From Gammaproteobacteria bacterium (GTDB taxonomy: Bacteria; Pseudomonadota; Gammaproteobacteria; Eutrophobiales; Eutrophobiaceae): DNA of 64,000 nt. Both the position numbers and the translations under genes were made by a program. Of this stretch, positions 10,625-20,579 are shown piece after piece. Below the pieces are notes generated by a model. It saw nothing but the letters and a program-made list of their open reading frames with translations. It had not been told where the DNA came from and did no database searches. The first letter of the stretch is position 1, and each line of letters starts with the position of its first letter. The stretch spans positions 1,738,178 through 1,802,177 of the forward strand of contig OZ253477.1 of assembly GCA_965261775.1 (NCBI GenBank), read 5' to 3'.

Positions 10625-12277
10625 TTAATGGCTTATCGCGCCTTCAGCGCCGAGACCGGTCTGGGAACGCACATATTGATCTTCAAAAGCCGCCGCTTCC
10701 CGCCGCGCTGATTGGGATTTATCCAGAACAGAGAACAGTGCGATGAATACAAACGCTGACGTCATTGAAAATAACGCCGGATGCTTATAGGGGAACAGTG
10801 GTTCCGCATTGCCCAGAATATCCACCCAGACTGTGGGTCCGAATATTACGCACAGCACAGCGGTAATCAGACCGATACTACCGCCGGTAAATGCGCCGCG
10901 TGTTGTCAACCTCTTCCAGTACATGGATAAAAATAGTATCGGGAAGTTAACACTAGCCGCAATTGCAAAAGCCAGACCTACCATATAGGCGACATTCTGT
11001 TTTTCAAAAATAATCCCGAGCAATATAGCGACTATCCCCAACAATATGGTAGCAAAGCGGGAGACTTTGATTTCCTCGCCTTCCAATGCCTCCCCGTGCC
11101 GAATGACGCTGGCATAGAGATCGTGCGATATGGCGGCAGCGCCGGATAAAGTCAGACCGGAAACCACGGCCAGTATCGTGGCGAAGGCAACGGCGGAAAT
11201 GAAGCCGAGAAAGACTTCACCGCCAACCGCTTCGGACAGATGCACAGCCGCCATATTATTCCCGCCGAGAATATCGCCCGTGTCAGCGTCCAGGAAATCG
11301 GGATTGCCCGTTACCAGTACAATCGCGCCAAAACCGATGATGAATGTCAGCACATAAAAATAACCAATAAACCCCGTGGCATAAAAAACGGACTTTCTCG
11401 CCTCGCGCGCATCGGGCACGGTGAAGAAACGCATCAGAATATGCGGCAATCCGGCTGTGCCAAACATCAACGCCAGACCCAGCGATATGGCGGAGACAGG
11501 GTCCGAAATCAGCCCTCCTGGCGACATGATGGCGATGCCGTTTTTATGCGTTTCAACTGCTCTGGAAAATAATGTCTCAAAAGAGAATCCCATTTTGTAC
11601 ATTATGGCAAGCGCGATAAAACTGGCGCCGGATAGCAACAGAACAGCCTTGATGATCTGCACCCAGGTCGTCGCCAGCATACCCCCGAAGGAGACGTACA
11701 GGATCATCAATATCCCAACTATAATCACCGCAACATAGTATTCAAAACCGAATAAAACCTGTATCAATTTTCCGGCACCCACCATCTGCGCGATCAGGTA
11801 AAGCAACACTACTGCCAATGTTCCGCAGGCCGCCAGACTTCTTATTGGGAGTGGCTTCAGGCGATAACTGACCGCATCGGAGAAGGTATATTTGCCCAGA
11901 TTTCGCAGACGCTCTGCCAGCAAGAACAGGATAATCGGCCATCCCGCCAGAAACCCGATGGAATAGATCAAACCGTCAAACCCGCTGGCGAATACCAGAC
12001 CGGATATGCCTAGGAATGAAGCGGCGGACATGAAATCGCCAGCGATGGCCAGACCATTTTGCAAACCAGTGATGGAGCCGCCAGCGGCATAAAAATCTCT
12101 GGTGGTGTTCATCCGCCGTGCGGCCCAATACGTCACTCCCAGAGTCGCTACGATAAAGATAAAAAACATCATGATCGCGATGATATTCAAGGGTGGCCGC
12201 GATGTTTCCCCGGCAAATGCCGAGGTAGAACAGATTAAAAATAATATTCCCCAGAACAGGCGAATACGCCTAGACAT
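10625..12277 (-). CDS. actP: Cation/acetate symporter ActP (sodium:solute symporter family)
   Basis: 550 aa. The N-terminal cleavable-like segment followed by [20 protein letters not shown] and [33 protein letters not shown] matches E. coli ActP closely. Confidence 0.9.
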   Translation of the reverse strand: MSRRIRLFWGILFLICSTSAFAGETSRPPLNIIAIMMFFIFIVATLGVTYWAARRMNTTRDFYAAGGSITGLQNGLAIAGDFMSAASFLGISGLVFASGFDGLIYSIGFLAGWPIILFLLAERLRNLGKYTFSDAVSYRLKPLPIRSLAACGTLAVVLLYLIAQMVGAGKLIQVLFGFEYYVAVIIVGILMILYVSFGGMLATTWVQIIKAVLLLSGASFIALAIMYKMGFSFETLFSRAVETHKNGIAIMSPGGLISDPVSAISLGLALMFGTAGLPHILMRFFTVPDAREARKSVFYATGFIGYFYVLTFIIGFGAIVLVTGNPDFLDADTGDILGGNNMAAVHLSEAVGGEVFLGFISAVAFATILAVVSGLTLSGAAAISHDLYASVIRHGEALEGEEIKVSRFATILLGIVAILLGIIFEKQNVAYMVGLAFAIAASVNFPILFLSMYWKRLTTRGAFTGGSIGLITAVLCVIFGPTVWVDILGNAEPLFPYKHPALFSMTSAFVFIALFSVLDKSQSARREAAAFEDQYVRSQTGLGAEGAISH

Positions 12278-12590
12278 CTTTGGATTGCCTGATATGGTTG
12301 ATGATATTATGTATCAGGTGATCGAATTCCGTATTTGCCCGATACACATAGGCGCCGGTCAGGCAAAAACTCAGCAGGATAACGAATAACCCGGCTAATA
12401 TTCCCCAAGTAATCATACGACCCTCAATCACCGGACGGGCAAAGACTTCCGGGACAAAGGCAATCACGAGGATAAAACCGAAATAGACAAGCATGGTGAT
12501 GCTGGTCAGCAACCAGCTGAATCTGCGGCGCTTTCTTTCTAGGTCATGAAATTTTTGATCGGAGTAGATTAGGCGATAAAGGTATTGCAT
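12270..12590 (-). CDS. yjcH: DUF485 inner-membrane protein (YjcH-like), partner of actP
   Basis: 106 aa with two TM segments. It overlaps the actP start, the canonical yjcH-actP arrangement. Confidence 0.8.
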   Translation of the reverse strand: MQYLYRLIYSDQKFHDLERKRRRFSWLLTSITMLVYFGFILVIAFVPEVFARPVIEGRMITWGILAGLFVILLSFCLTGAYVYRANTEFDHLIHNIINHIRQSKDV

Positions 12591-12677
12591 TAAATCCTCC
12601 TGGCTTCAAACAGAAATCTATTGCATAACCAATCCAAATACTTCATAAGGGCAGAGTTGATTTGACAAGCACTTTGA

Positions 12678-13076
12678 CTATTTCGGTCGGACGTATAACA
12701 CTAAACTGTGATCGACCAATTCATAACCGTGTTCTGTTGCAATCTCCTTTTGCAGACGCTCAATTTCCTCATTTTGGAACTCGATTACCGTTCCTGTTTC
12801 CAGACAAATCATGTGGTCATGATGGTCGCCGCGATCTAGTTCAAAGACGGAGTGACCGGAATCAAAATGATGTCGTATCACCAGTCTCGCCCTTTCAAAC
12901 TGGGTCAATACTCGATAAACGGTTGCCAGACCTACCCTTTCATTTTGTTCAAGCAGTATCTTATAGACATCCTCTGCACTGAGATGACGTTCATCCGCCT
13001 CTTCCAGTATCTGTAATATACGCAGTCTCGGCGGGGTGGCTTTAAGACCGACTTTTTTTAAATCCCCTGCTTTCAA
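12678..13076 (-). CDS. fur: Ferric uptake regulator
   Basis: MKAGDLKKVGLKATPPRLRILQILEE...HLSAEDVYK..., HHDH metal-binding motif, 132 aa. fur lies divergent from bamE as in Pseudomonas. Confidence 0.92.
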   Translation of the reverse strand: MKAGDLKKVGLKATPPRLRILQILEEADERHLSAEDVYKILLEQNERVGLATVYRVLTQFERARLVIRHHFDSGHSVFELDRGDHHDHMICLETGTVIEFQNEEIERLQKEIATEHGYELVDHSLVLYVRPK

Positions 13077-13179
13077 AGGGTATCCTCCGGCTGGATTTTT
13101 TACCTATAGTGTGATTATACTATTAAACAATAGAAGTTATTGATGAAATTGACGACAACGATTATTCTGTTTCTCTTCA

Positions 13180-13530
13180 ATGCGAATCAATATCAATCCA
13201 ATGAATAGACTGGTTATTTTACTCTGCTTTCTGTTTTTTCTCTATGCTTGCAGTTCTGCCCAGTTTCCTTATAAAATCAATATCCAGCAGGGTAATGATC
13301 TTAAGCAGGCGATGCTGGACAGACTGGAACCAGGCATGGATAAGGAACAGGTGCAATTTATTATGGGGACGCCAGCAATTCTTGACCCTTTCCATAAGGA
13401 CCGTTGGGACTATATTTACAGCTTTCAGAGGGGAGACAATATCCGCGAACAACGCCATATCACACTACATTTCGAGGACGACAAGCTTATTTACATTTCG
13501 GGCGATGTCCAAGCTGCAGACAGCTGGTGA
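13180..13530 (+). CDS. bamE: Outer membrane protein assembly factor BamE (SmpA/OmlA lipoprotein)
   Basis: Lipobox LYAC, then the GMDKEQVQFIMGTP...RWDYIY motif. Confidence 0.85.
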   Translation: MRININPMNRLVILLCFLFFLYACSSAQFPYKINIQQGNDLKQAMLDRLEPGMDKEQVQFIMGTPAILDPFHKDRWDYIYSFQRGDNIREQRHITLHFEDDKLIYISGDVQAADSW

Positions 13531-13598
13531 TCTGACAAAGACGACATCCTCATGCAGATGACGAGCCGACCGCGAAACGCCAGATGCTATCCGTTTTT

Positions 13599-13892
13599 TT
13601 ACGCTTTGTTTTTCGCCGTTCGTCGACGTCGCATCTCCTTGGGGTCAAGCAGTAATGGTCTGTAAATCTCTACTCTGTCCCCCGTCGCAAGAGTGTCATT
13701 CAGCGAGCGAATTTTACCAAATACACCCACCTTGTTGATTGCCAAATCAATTTCAGAATAATGCGCTAGCAGACCCGATTGCATAATCGCGGTTTCGATG
13801 GTACATCCCTTCTTGACTTCAAGTTCAATGATACTCTGGTTGTCGGGCGTAATATAAATGATCTCAATATTGACCGTCGTTTTATCTTCCAT
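13599..13892 (-). CDS. ratB: RnfH/RatB-family ubiquitin-like small protein
   Basis: VNIEIIYITPDNQSIIELEVKKGCTIETAI with a basic C-terminal tail. It sits next to ratA as in E. coli and Pseudomonas. The ORF track starts it at 13922; an internal Met is preferred. Confidence 0.75.
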   Translation of the reverse strand: MEDKTTVNIEIIYITPDNQSIIELEVKKGCTIETAIMQSGLLAHYSEIDLAINKVGVFGKIRSLNDTLATGDRVEIYRPLLLDPKEMRRRRTAKNKA

Positions 13893-14319
13893 AAACAAAT
13901 TGGGCCCGTTCAATAAACGCATCTATCAGTGAATCCGTGATTTTTTGAAACGGCCTTCCCAAGGCCTGCTGAAGCAGTTTGTTTTTAAACTCAAACTGCA
14001 TTTCCAGCCGTACCGAACAGCCGCCATGGTCGTTATCCTTGAATCGCCAGCAACCCTTTAATGCCTTGAACGGCCCTTTAACGAGCGTTATATAAATTGC
14101 CGTGTCCTTTTGCATCGTGTTGGATGTCGTGAATTGCTGTTTAATACCGCCAACAGCAACAGATATTGAGGCCGTCAACGTATCATCGCCTCTGGCAGTG
14201 ATAGTCGAAGCCGTACACCAAGGTAGAAACTGAGGATAGGATTCAATATCGTTCACCAGCGCGAACATTTGCCCAGCACTGTATGCCTCAATATCAGCTT
14301 GTTTATTGACTCTAATCAA
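13882..14319 (-). CDS. ratA: RatA / SRPBCC (Coq10-like) ribosome-association toxin family protein
   Basis: 145 aa with SRPBCC fold motifs (YSAGQMFALVNDIESYPQFLPWC...). Confidence 0.8.
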   Translation of the reverse strand: MIRVNKQADIEAYSAGQMFALVNDIESYPQFLPWCTASTITARGDDTLTASISVAVGGIKQQFTTSNTMQKDTAIYITLVKGPFKALKGCWRFKDNDHGGCSVRLEMQFEFKNKLLQQALGRPFQKITDSLIDAFIERAQFVYGR

Positions 14320-14343
14320 AACGGCTCCGCGAAACCAACCAGC

Positions 14344-15735
14344 CTAGAATAAACCAAGTGCATTCAGTAAAATGGTGACCACACCCAAAGGAGCAACGTA
14401 GCGAAGCGCATAACGCCAGCATCGATAAACCCAACCGTCTGCCAGCCCCAACTCATCCATCGTTGAACGTTTGGACATTAACCAAGCTGCAAATATTGAA
14501 ATCAACAAACCACCTATAGGTAACATGATACTTGATGCCAAAATATCGAAAATATCAAAGAATCCGTTCTCTTTCGTCTGACCGGCAAAATTGAAAGAAA
14601 ACGCCCAATGATTAAATGATAACACCGTCACCACACCCAGCATCCAAACAAGCCCCCCAGTTATAGCCGTCGCCCTGACCCGAGTCATATCATGGCTTTC
14701 CACCAACCAAGACACCGCCGGTTCCAGCAATGAGATGGCAGAAGTCCACGCGGCCAACATGAGCAGGATAAAAAACAGAGTGCCGAAAAAATTGCCAAAC
14801 GGCATCTGCCCGAATGCGATGGGCAAAGTCATGAAGATTAGTCCAAAGCCGCCGGCAGGGTCCAGACCGTAACTGAATACGATTGGAAAGATGACTATGC
14901 CGGCCAGCAACGCCACGGTGGTATCTGCTATGGCAATCGTGAGGCAGTTAACACTGATGGACGATCTATCGGACAGATAGGAACCATAAATCATGATTGC
15001 GCCCATGCCGAGACTTAGCGTAAAGAATGCATGGCTCAATGCTGGCAAAAGCATGCTGTCAAGGAAACTCTTGTCGGCAATCTGCGCCGTATCAATCACA
15101 AACAGATAACGAATACCCTCCATAAACTTGTCGGTACTCATAGCGTAACCGACCAGGATCAAAAGCAGGATAAACAAGGCGGGCATTAAAAACCGGACAG
15201 CCTTTTCCAGACCGCTTTTCACCCCGCGGGAAATAACAATGATCGTCATCAGGATGAACAGGGTATGCCAGACGAGTAGCTTTTCTGGATCGGAAATCAA
15301 TTCGCTGAATACTTGTGTGGTATATGCTGCCTCACTACCCTCAAATACCCCCGCACTTGTCCTGAATATATAAGCAATTGTCAAACCGGCAATTACACTG
15401 TAGTAGGAAAGAATGATAAACCCGGCAATGACACCCATCCAGCCAAGAAACCGCCAGGCGTGGCTCAAACCTTCTTCGGATGCCAGGGTCGCCATGGTAT
15501 TAATCGGACTTTGGCGTCCCCGACGACCCAGTAATACCTCTGCCATCAGGATAGGAATACCGACAAGAAATATGCAAACCAGATAAACAAATACAAAGGC
15601 GGCGCCGCCGTTTTCACCAGCATGATAGGGAAAGCGCCAGATGTTCCCAAGCCCCACTGCAGAGCCGGTTGCGGCAAGGATAAATGCCCAGCGGGATGAC
15701 CATTGACCATGAATGGAAAAACGTTTTGTTGACAT
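14344..15735 (-). CDS. Sodium-dependent transporter, neurotransmitter:sodium symporter (SNF/NSS) family
   Basis: GNIWRFPY motif with GENGGAAF, 12 TM segments, 463 aa. Confidence 0.85.
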   Translation of the reverse strand: MSTKRFSIHGQWSSRWAFILAATGSAVGLGNIWRFPYHAGENGGAAFVFVYLVCIFLVGIPILMAEVLLGRRGRQSPINTMATLASEEGLSHAWRFLGWMGVIAGFIILSYYSVIAGLTIAYIFRTSAGVFEGSEAAYTTQVFSELISDPEKLLVWHTLFILMTIIVISRGVKSGLEKAVRFLMPALFILLLILVGYAMSTDKFMEGIRYLFVIDTAQIADKSFLDSMLLPALSHAFFTLSLGMGAIMIYGSYLSDRSSISVNCLTIAIADTTVALLAGIVIFPIVFSYGLDPAGGFGLIFMTLPIAFGQMPFGNFFGTLFFILLMLAAWTSAISLLEPAVSWLVESHDMTRVRATAITGGLVWMLGVVTVLSFNHWAFSFNFAGQTKENGFFDIFDILASSIMLPIGGLLISIFAAWLMSKRSTMDELGLADGWVYRCWRYALRYVAPLGVVTILLNALGLF

Positions 15736-16026
15736 AAACCTTTATCCTGCTACTTGGTTATTGATTTTATGTAGGAGTTAACCGGTTCAAAAAGCTATGA
15801 TGATTATAAAGGATTTAAAAAGGGGCCTATATAAAATTCTATCAAAGTGTTTCTTTATCTAATTTTAAGCAGATCGGGCAGGAAGTAAGCTGGATTGTCC
15901 CTAATGGTTCTGTCTTTCTTTAACGATTTCGTTATAGTCTGGTTACAGTAGCCTGCGGGAGTGCAGGCTACGGTCTCATCTACAGAGATATTATTATTCT
16001 CAAAATCCTTGACTATTTCCTGCTGT

Positions 16027-16660
16027 TTACCCTGATTGAAACAGTGGAAATGGGTGGATACTGTAAGTACAAGCATTGCTCGTTCTTGCCGATAAATTTA
16101 TGAACTGCCTGCAACTCAGCACGGCTTTTTTGGTGTCAAGGGTATCTTTAGCTTTACTAATATGCCTATGATAAAGTCTGGTTCCTCGCCTAGAAAGTCC
16201 ATCAATTGATATTTCTTCACATCCTGTTTGCTTAGCGAATGTCCCTCGCACGCTTGTGGCACATTTTACCACCGATAGACGTTTCACTCTCTTCTATCAC
16301 AACTAGGCAAGTCGCCGGTCTGTTCAAGCATTTTTCGTAAATGCTTGTGGCAATCTGTGTATTGCGGGATACCAGCTTTTCGTTCTTTACCCGGCTTATG
16401 CTGATTCTGCCAAAATGCGGAAAAAGCGGCTCGCTTTCCTGCGGTGCAGAACCTCTATATGTTCCCGTTTGGCTTGCTTTTCTGGGAAAGCGCCACCATA
16501 GATTGATACCGATCCAAACTTTCTCGCCTGACGTTGTCTAGTATTACACATCACAGGTTTATAAAAGTCTGGTGGACAGAATTATATTGGTATCGGGCGA
16601 CGCCGATTCTGTGCCGGCCACGAAACTGGCACGAAGGTCCGTTCGTATCTTAAAGAAAGT
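16027..16660 (-). pseudogene. mutM: Decayed formamidopyrimidine-DNA glycosylase gene (mutM/fpg relic) downstream of rpmG
   Basis: Collinear fragments in shifting minus-strand frames match MutM. RQRQARKFG matches VQRRAKYL, FPEKQAKREHIEVL matches LPPEKHDHVDLV, IYEKCLNRPATC matches YLHQKCAKKKTAIK, SIGGKM matches VGVGNIY, and the C-terminal ...AVLSCRQF matches ATFYCRQCQ with the zinc-finger cysteines lost. Several stops and frameshifts interrupt it. The rpmB-rpmG-mutM synteny of E. coli and Pseudomonas predicts mutM at this position. Confidence 0.5.
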
Positions 16661-16667
16661 GCCGGTT

Positions 16668-16823
16668 TTATTTGATCTTCGCTTCCTTGTAAAGGACATG
16701 TTTGCGGATAACCGGATCAAATTTTTTAATTTCCATTTTGTCCGGTTTGGTGCGTTTGTTCTTGGTGGTGGTGTAATAATGCCCCGTATTTGCCGAGGAG
16801 ACGAGCTTTATTTTTTCGCGCAT
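16668..16823 (-). CDS. rpmG: 50S ribosomal protein L33, missed by the ORF track (51 aa)
   Basis: Minus-strand translation is [51 protein letters not shown]. It lies directly downstream of rpmB. Confidence 0.92.
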   Translation of the reverse strand: MREKIKLVSSANTGHYYTTTKNKRTKPDKMEIKKFDPVIRKHVLYKEAKIK

Positions 16824-16835
16824 GGCGATTCTCCG

Positions 16836-17072
16836 TTAAATATTCTCGCCGCGGGCACGCATATCCGCGAGCGCTTTATTAATGCCATTTTTATCGATCA
16901 TGCGTAGACCCTGTTTACTGACGCGCAATCGTACCCAGCGATTTTCGCTTTCTACCCAGAATCGTCTGTATTGTAAATTGGGTAAAAAACGGCGTTTCGT
17001 TTTGTTATTGGCATGGGAGACATTGTTTCCTACCATTGGTTTTTTACCTGTTATCTGACATACCCGCGACAT
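16836..17072 (-). CDS. rpmB: 50S ribosomal protein L28
   Basis: [64 protein letters not shown]. The start is placed at the internal Met, giving the canonical 78 aa. Confidence 0.93.
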   Translation of the reverse strand: MSRVCQITGKKPMVGNNVSHANNKTKRRFLPNLQYRRFWVESENRWVRLRVSKQGLRMIDKNGINKALADMRARGENI

Positions 17073-17203
17073 AATTTTCTCGCCAATGTTTACAAAATAG
17101 AGCAAAAGATAATGAAAGAGAGCGAATTCTAACCGTATTTAATATGGCATGCAAGGGAAGCATCCATTTTTTATTCGCTGGTCGTCCGACTTCGGGAAAG
17201 GCA

Positions 17204-17887
17204 TCATAGTAATCCCTTTTCGGCAAAGGAGGTAGTCTTTTTGTTACCGATGATGACATGATCAAGCACTCGGACATCAATCAGAGCAAGGGCCTTTTTC
17301 AGTTCTTTTGTCAATATAATGTCGGCCCGGCTCGGTTCTGCAATACCGGAAGGATGATTATGGGAAAAGATAACAGCGGCGGCGTTATGTTTTATGGCCA
17401 TGCGGATGATTTCTCTTGCGTATACATGAGCAGTGTCAATGGTACCAAAAAAGAGTTTGTTAAAACTGATTAGACGGTGATGGTTATCAAGGTATAAACA
17501 AGCGAATACTTCATGCGGGTAGGAACGCAGTTTCATGCTTAAATATCCCGCCGTTTGTTCCGGGTTGCTGAATGTTTCGCCAGTTTCCAGTCCAGATTGA
17601 AGATAGCGGCGGCCGAGTTCAAGTGCAGCTTGAATCTGGGCATATTTGGCTTCTCCCAAGCCCTTTGTCTGGCAGAATTCATTTTTATCAAGGTCAACGA
17701 TTTGTCGCAATCCTTTGAATTTTCCCAATAGTCTCCGTGCCAGATCGAGTGCAGAGGTACCTTTGCGGCCAGTTCTGAGAAAAATGCATAATATTTCTGC
17801 ATCCGATAACGCCTCTGGTCCTTTTTCAAGCAGTTTTTCTCTGGGCCGTTCATTGACAGGCCAATTTGAGATAGTCATTTGTAACAC
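17204..17887 (-). CDS. radC: RadC/UPF0758 JAB-domain protein
   Basis: N-terminal HhH region (ERPREKLLEKGPEALSDAEILCIFLRTG) and a C-terminal JAB/MPN domain with HNHPSG. Confidence 0.9.
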   Translation of the reverse strand: MLQMTISNWPVNERPREKLLEKGPEALSDAEILCIFLRTGRKGTSALDLARRLLGKFKGLRQIVDLDKNEFCQTKGLGEAKYAQIQAALELGRRYLQSGLETGETFSNPEQTAGYLSMKLRSYPHEVFACLYLDNHHRLISFNKLFFGTIDTAHVYAREIIRMAIKHNAAAVIFSHNHPSGIAEPSRADIILTKELKKALALIDVRVLDHVIIGNKKTTSFAEKGLL

Positions 17888-17976
17888 TCCCTGTTAATTA
17901 TGATTAAAATATATTTTTTAATAATGGCTATATCTCATTATCAGTGCCCGCCTATGATAAGGTAAAATGACATAAG

Positions 17977-19194
17977 ATGTACCGACTGATCGACAATAAA
18001 CATATTCTGCTTGGTGTCACCGGTGGCATCGCCGCCTATAAATCGGCGACATTAATACGTTTATTGCGCCGCCATGGTGCAGAAGTGCGTGTTGTCATGA
18101 CACCCAACGCGACCAAATTTATTACACCATTAACGTTACAGGCGCTTTCGGGGAATCCGGTGCATGTCGAATTGATGGGGGTAACGTCGGAATCGGCTAT
18201 GGTCCATATTGATTTAGCCCGCTGGGCGGATTTGGTCATCGTTGCACCGGCCAGTGCCGGCTTTATTGCCCGCTACGCGCATGGTTTTGCCGATGACCTT
18301 CCGGGGTCGATATGTCTGGCAACAATGTCCCCGGTCATGATCGCCCCAGCGATGAACAGACAAATGTGGTTGAATCCAGCGACTCAGGAAAATCTGCGAA
18401 GGGTAAAGGCATTTGGTGTCCGTATTCTGGGTCCCGCCGAAGGGGATCAGGCCTGCGGTGAAAATGGCCCTGGCCGTATGCTGGAGCCTGAGGAACTTGC
18501 CGAGCGGGTGGTTGAGTCTTTTCAACCGTACAGCCTTGCGGGCATCCGTTTAATGGTCACCGCAGGTCCTACGCGTGAAGCCATTGACCCGGTACGTTTT
18601 ATCAGTAATCGAAGTTCGGGCCATATGGGCTATGCCATTGCCGAGGTTGCCTCTGAGGCGGGTGCCGATGTGTCGGTCATTTCCGGACCGGTCAAACTGC
18701 CCCTCCCGGAAAGGGTTAAAATAACCCGGGTCGTCTCCGCAGAAGAGATGTATGAAAGCGTGATGCGTCAAATTGACGGAATTGATATTTTTATCGCAAC
18801 GGCAGCGGTGGCGGATTACCGGCCACAGTCGACATCCAGAGGAAAGATAAAAAAGCAGGCGCCCCGGCTTGAACTCACACTGGTTAAAAACCCAGATATT
18901 TTGGGGGCGGTGGCGGCGCTTGATAGAACCCCCTTCACTGTCGGTTTTGCGGCTGAAACGGAAAACCTTGAGGCAAACGCCAGGATTAAACTGGATGAGA
19001 AAAAGCTGGACATGATCGTAGCCAATAAGGTCGGTGAAGGTCTCGGGTTTGAAACAAGCATTAATGCTCTGACCATTATCTGGAAGGACGGGCAAAAACG
19101 GCTGGCAGAAGCGCCAAAAGGAAAACTGGCAAGAGACCTGATACGCTTCGTCGCTGATCGCTATCATGCAAAGCGAACCAGTTACATTCACTAG
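17977..19194 (+). CDS. coaBC: Bifunctional phosphopantothenoylcysteine decarboxylase / phosphopantothenate-cysteine ligase
   Basis: ILLGVTGGIAAYKS flavoprotein N-domain and a CoaB C-domain. It lies divergent from radC as in E. coli and Pseudomonas. Confidence 0.93.
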   Translation: MYRLIDNKHILLGVTGGIAAYKSATLIRLLRRHGAEVRVVMTPNATKFITPLTLQALSGNPVHVELMGVTSESAMVHIDLARWADLVIVAPASAGFIARYAHGFADDLPGSICLATMSPVMIAPAMNRQMWLNPATQENLRRVKAFGVRILGPAEGDQACGENGPGRMLEPEELAERVVESFQPYSLAGIRLMVTAGPTREAIDPVRFISNRSSGHMGYAIAEVASEAGADVSVISGPVKLPLPERVKITRVVSAEEMYESVMRQIDGIDIFIATAAVADYRPQSTSRGKIKKQAPRLELTLVKNPDILGAVAALDRTPFTVGFAAETENLEANARIKLDEKKLDMIVANKVGEGLGFETSINALTIIWKDGQKRLAEAPKGKLARDLIRFVADRYHAKRTSYIH

Positions 19195-19269
19195 ATGGTT
19201 GTCTCAATGGTTTACTTCTATCGTCAGATAATTCAATTCGGGCTGGTCTGACCGAAGGAGGTATTTATC

Positions 19270-19731
19270 ATGAAAAGCAAAATCCATCTTATCGCTGCGA
19301 TTACTGGCACGCTGTGCATTAGCGTGTTTTTTATTTCTACGGTGCTGGTGGAGTTGTTTGGTTCGGCGGAAGCTATCAAAACGGTGAAATCGCTGATTGT
19401 CAGCCCCGGATTATTTATTCTGGTGCCGGCCATGGCATTGACGGGCATCACAGGTACCATGCTGGGTAAAGGCCGAACCGCCGGGCTGGTGGGGGCGAAG
19501 CGCAAGCGTATGCCATTCATCGCCGCCAATGGTTTGTTGATTCTGGTGCCTTCGGCGATTTTCCTGGATCAATGGGCATCCGTGTATCACTTCGGCACGG
19601 CGTTTTTTGCCGTGCAGGGGTTAGAACTGGTGATGGGTTCAGTAAACCTGACACTGATGGGGCTGAATATGCGCGATGGGTTGAAGATGAAAGGCAGGTT
19701 TCGGCGAGGACGAGGCAGCGCTGAAGGGTGA
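19270..19731 (+). CDS. Hypothetical small inner-membrane protein, about 4 TM segments
   Basis: 153-aa ORF with a good SD (GGAGG). It is hydrophobic with a basic C-terminus. It occupies the slot where dut normally follows coaBC. Confidence 0.5.
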   Translation: MKSKIHLIAAITGTLCISVFFISTVLVELFGSAEAIKTVKSLIVSPGLFILVPAMALTGITGTMLGKGRTAGLVGAKRKRMPFIAANGLLILVPSAIFLDQWASVYHFGTAFFAVQGLELVMGSVNLTLMGLNMRDGLKMKGRFRRGRGSAEG

Positions 19732-20224
19732 AGGGTTGATCGGGCGGATCAGTCGGGTCAGCCAGACCGGGCGGTTCACGAAGGAGTGTATTAACAGGGC
19801 AGTTTGTCTGTCGCCAAAAATATGCTGGCATAAAATGTAGTGGCGATTGTTCAAGGGAAACTGGTCAAATCCCGGGACATATCTGTCAACGAATGAAACA
19901 TTGGTGGCCGTTGCCGTCGCGAATCAGTCTCATTTTGATAAGGCCTTGAAGTTGGGCTATTTCTGCTTTGGTACCTATGTTTTTGGTGAAACCTCAATTC
20001 CATCGCTCAGAGGCCCCGTTGAACAGACTTAAAAGGGCGGAATGGATAGGCAATACTAATCTGGGAGGGCATTTATTCGAAACATCGGAAGAACATATTG
20101 TCTCGGTGGAACATATCAATAATGGTGCATTTAAATGAATCGTGTAGCTTTAATATCATTGTACTGGAAAGATTGTTTGCAGGTTATTGGTTTGGTGGGG
20201 GGTATATGGACTTAGTTCAACGTG

Positions 20225-20556
20225 CTAATGGGAGAAGTTTGGTTTTGACTGAGAATAGGGAACCCCGAGTATGCGGCAGAAGAGGAGCTGGACTTAATGT
20301 TGATGATACGTGTCGGAAAGTCGCTTATTAGTCGGGCCAACGTGATATCGTTTCAGTAGTCCGGTCAAGTTTCTACGGTTTTTTGATTATTCCTGTTGCA
20401 ATTATTATTGCGCTTTTGGTGGCTATTTTTCTTGTGCTGATTAAACTGAAGCGTATTCTGGCAGAGACGGAAGATAAAGATGGTTATATAAGCTATGAAG
20501 GTACCATCAAGGCGATACCGCCTACCCTTCTAGCCTGCAATGGTTTTAGAGAATAA
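20225..20556 (+). pseudogene. dut: Possible dUTPase relic (dut pseudogene)
   Basis: Weak collinear motif echoes sit in two frames with Dut-like spacing. EPRV-CGRRGAGLNVDD echoes DPRV..SGSAGLDLRA, LIIPVAIIIAL echoes LVPTGLAIHIAD, and DKDGYISYEG echoes IDSDYQGQL. The coaBC-dut-algC synteny predicts dut here. There is no intact ORF. Confidence 0.3.
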
Positions 20557-20579
20557 AGGCTCGGAGGAGGGCAAAGTCG

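Noticed and set aside
13077-13179. Possible Fur box in the fur-bamE intergenic region (ATTGACGACAACGATTATT)
   Set aside because: Only about half of the 19-bp Fur consensus positions match. It cannot be distinguished from background AT-rich sequence without a genome-wide motif model.
15855-16287. Two small minus-strand ORFs that at first looked like transposase or integrase fragments (…SIDGLSRRGTRLYHRHIS…)
   Set aside because: No IS terminal inverted repeats or DDE motif were found. The fragments align better, and collinearly, with the C-terminal part of MutM at the position synteny predicts. They are therefore interpreted as a mutM relic.
18550-19191. 213-aa minus-strand ORF inside coaBC. 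Similar long antisense ORFs occur at 21233-21712 (in algC), 26566-27093 (in proC), 38413-39057 (in glnS), 44651-45160 (in petA) and 52299-52781 (in ilvA).
   Set aside because: Each is fully embedded in the opposite strand of a strongly conserved gene. None has a motif support of its own. They are typical shadow ORFs of moderately GC-rich coding DNA.
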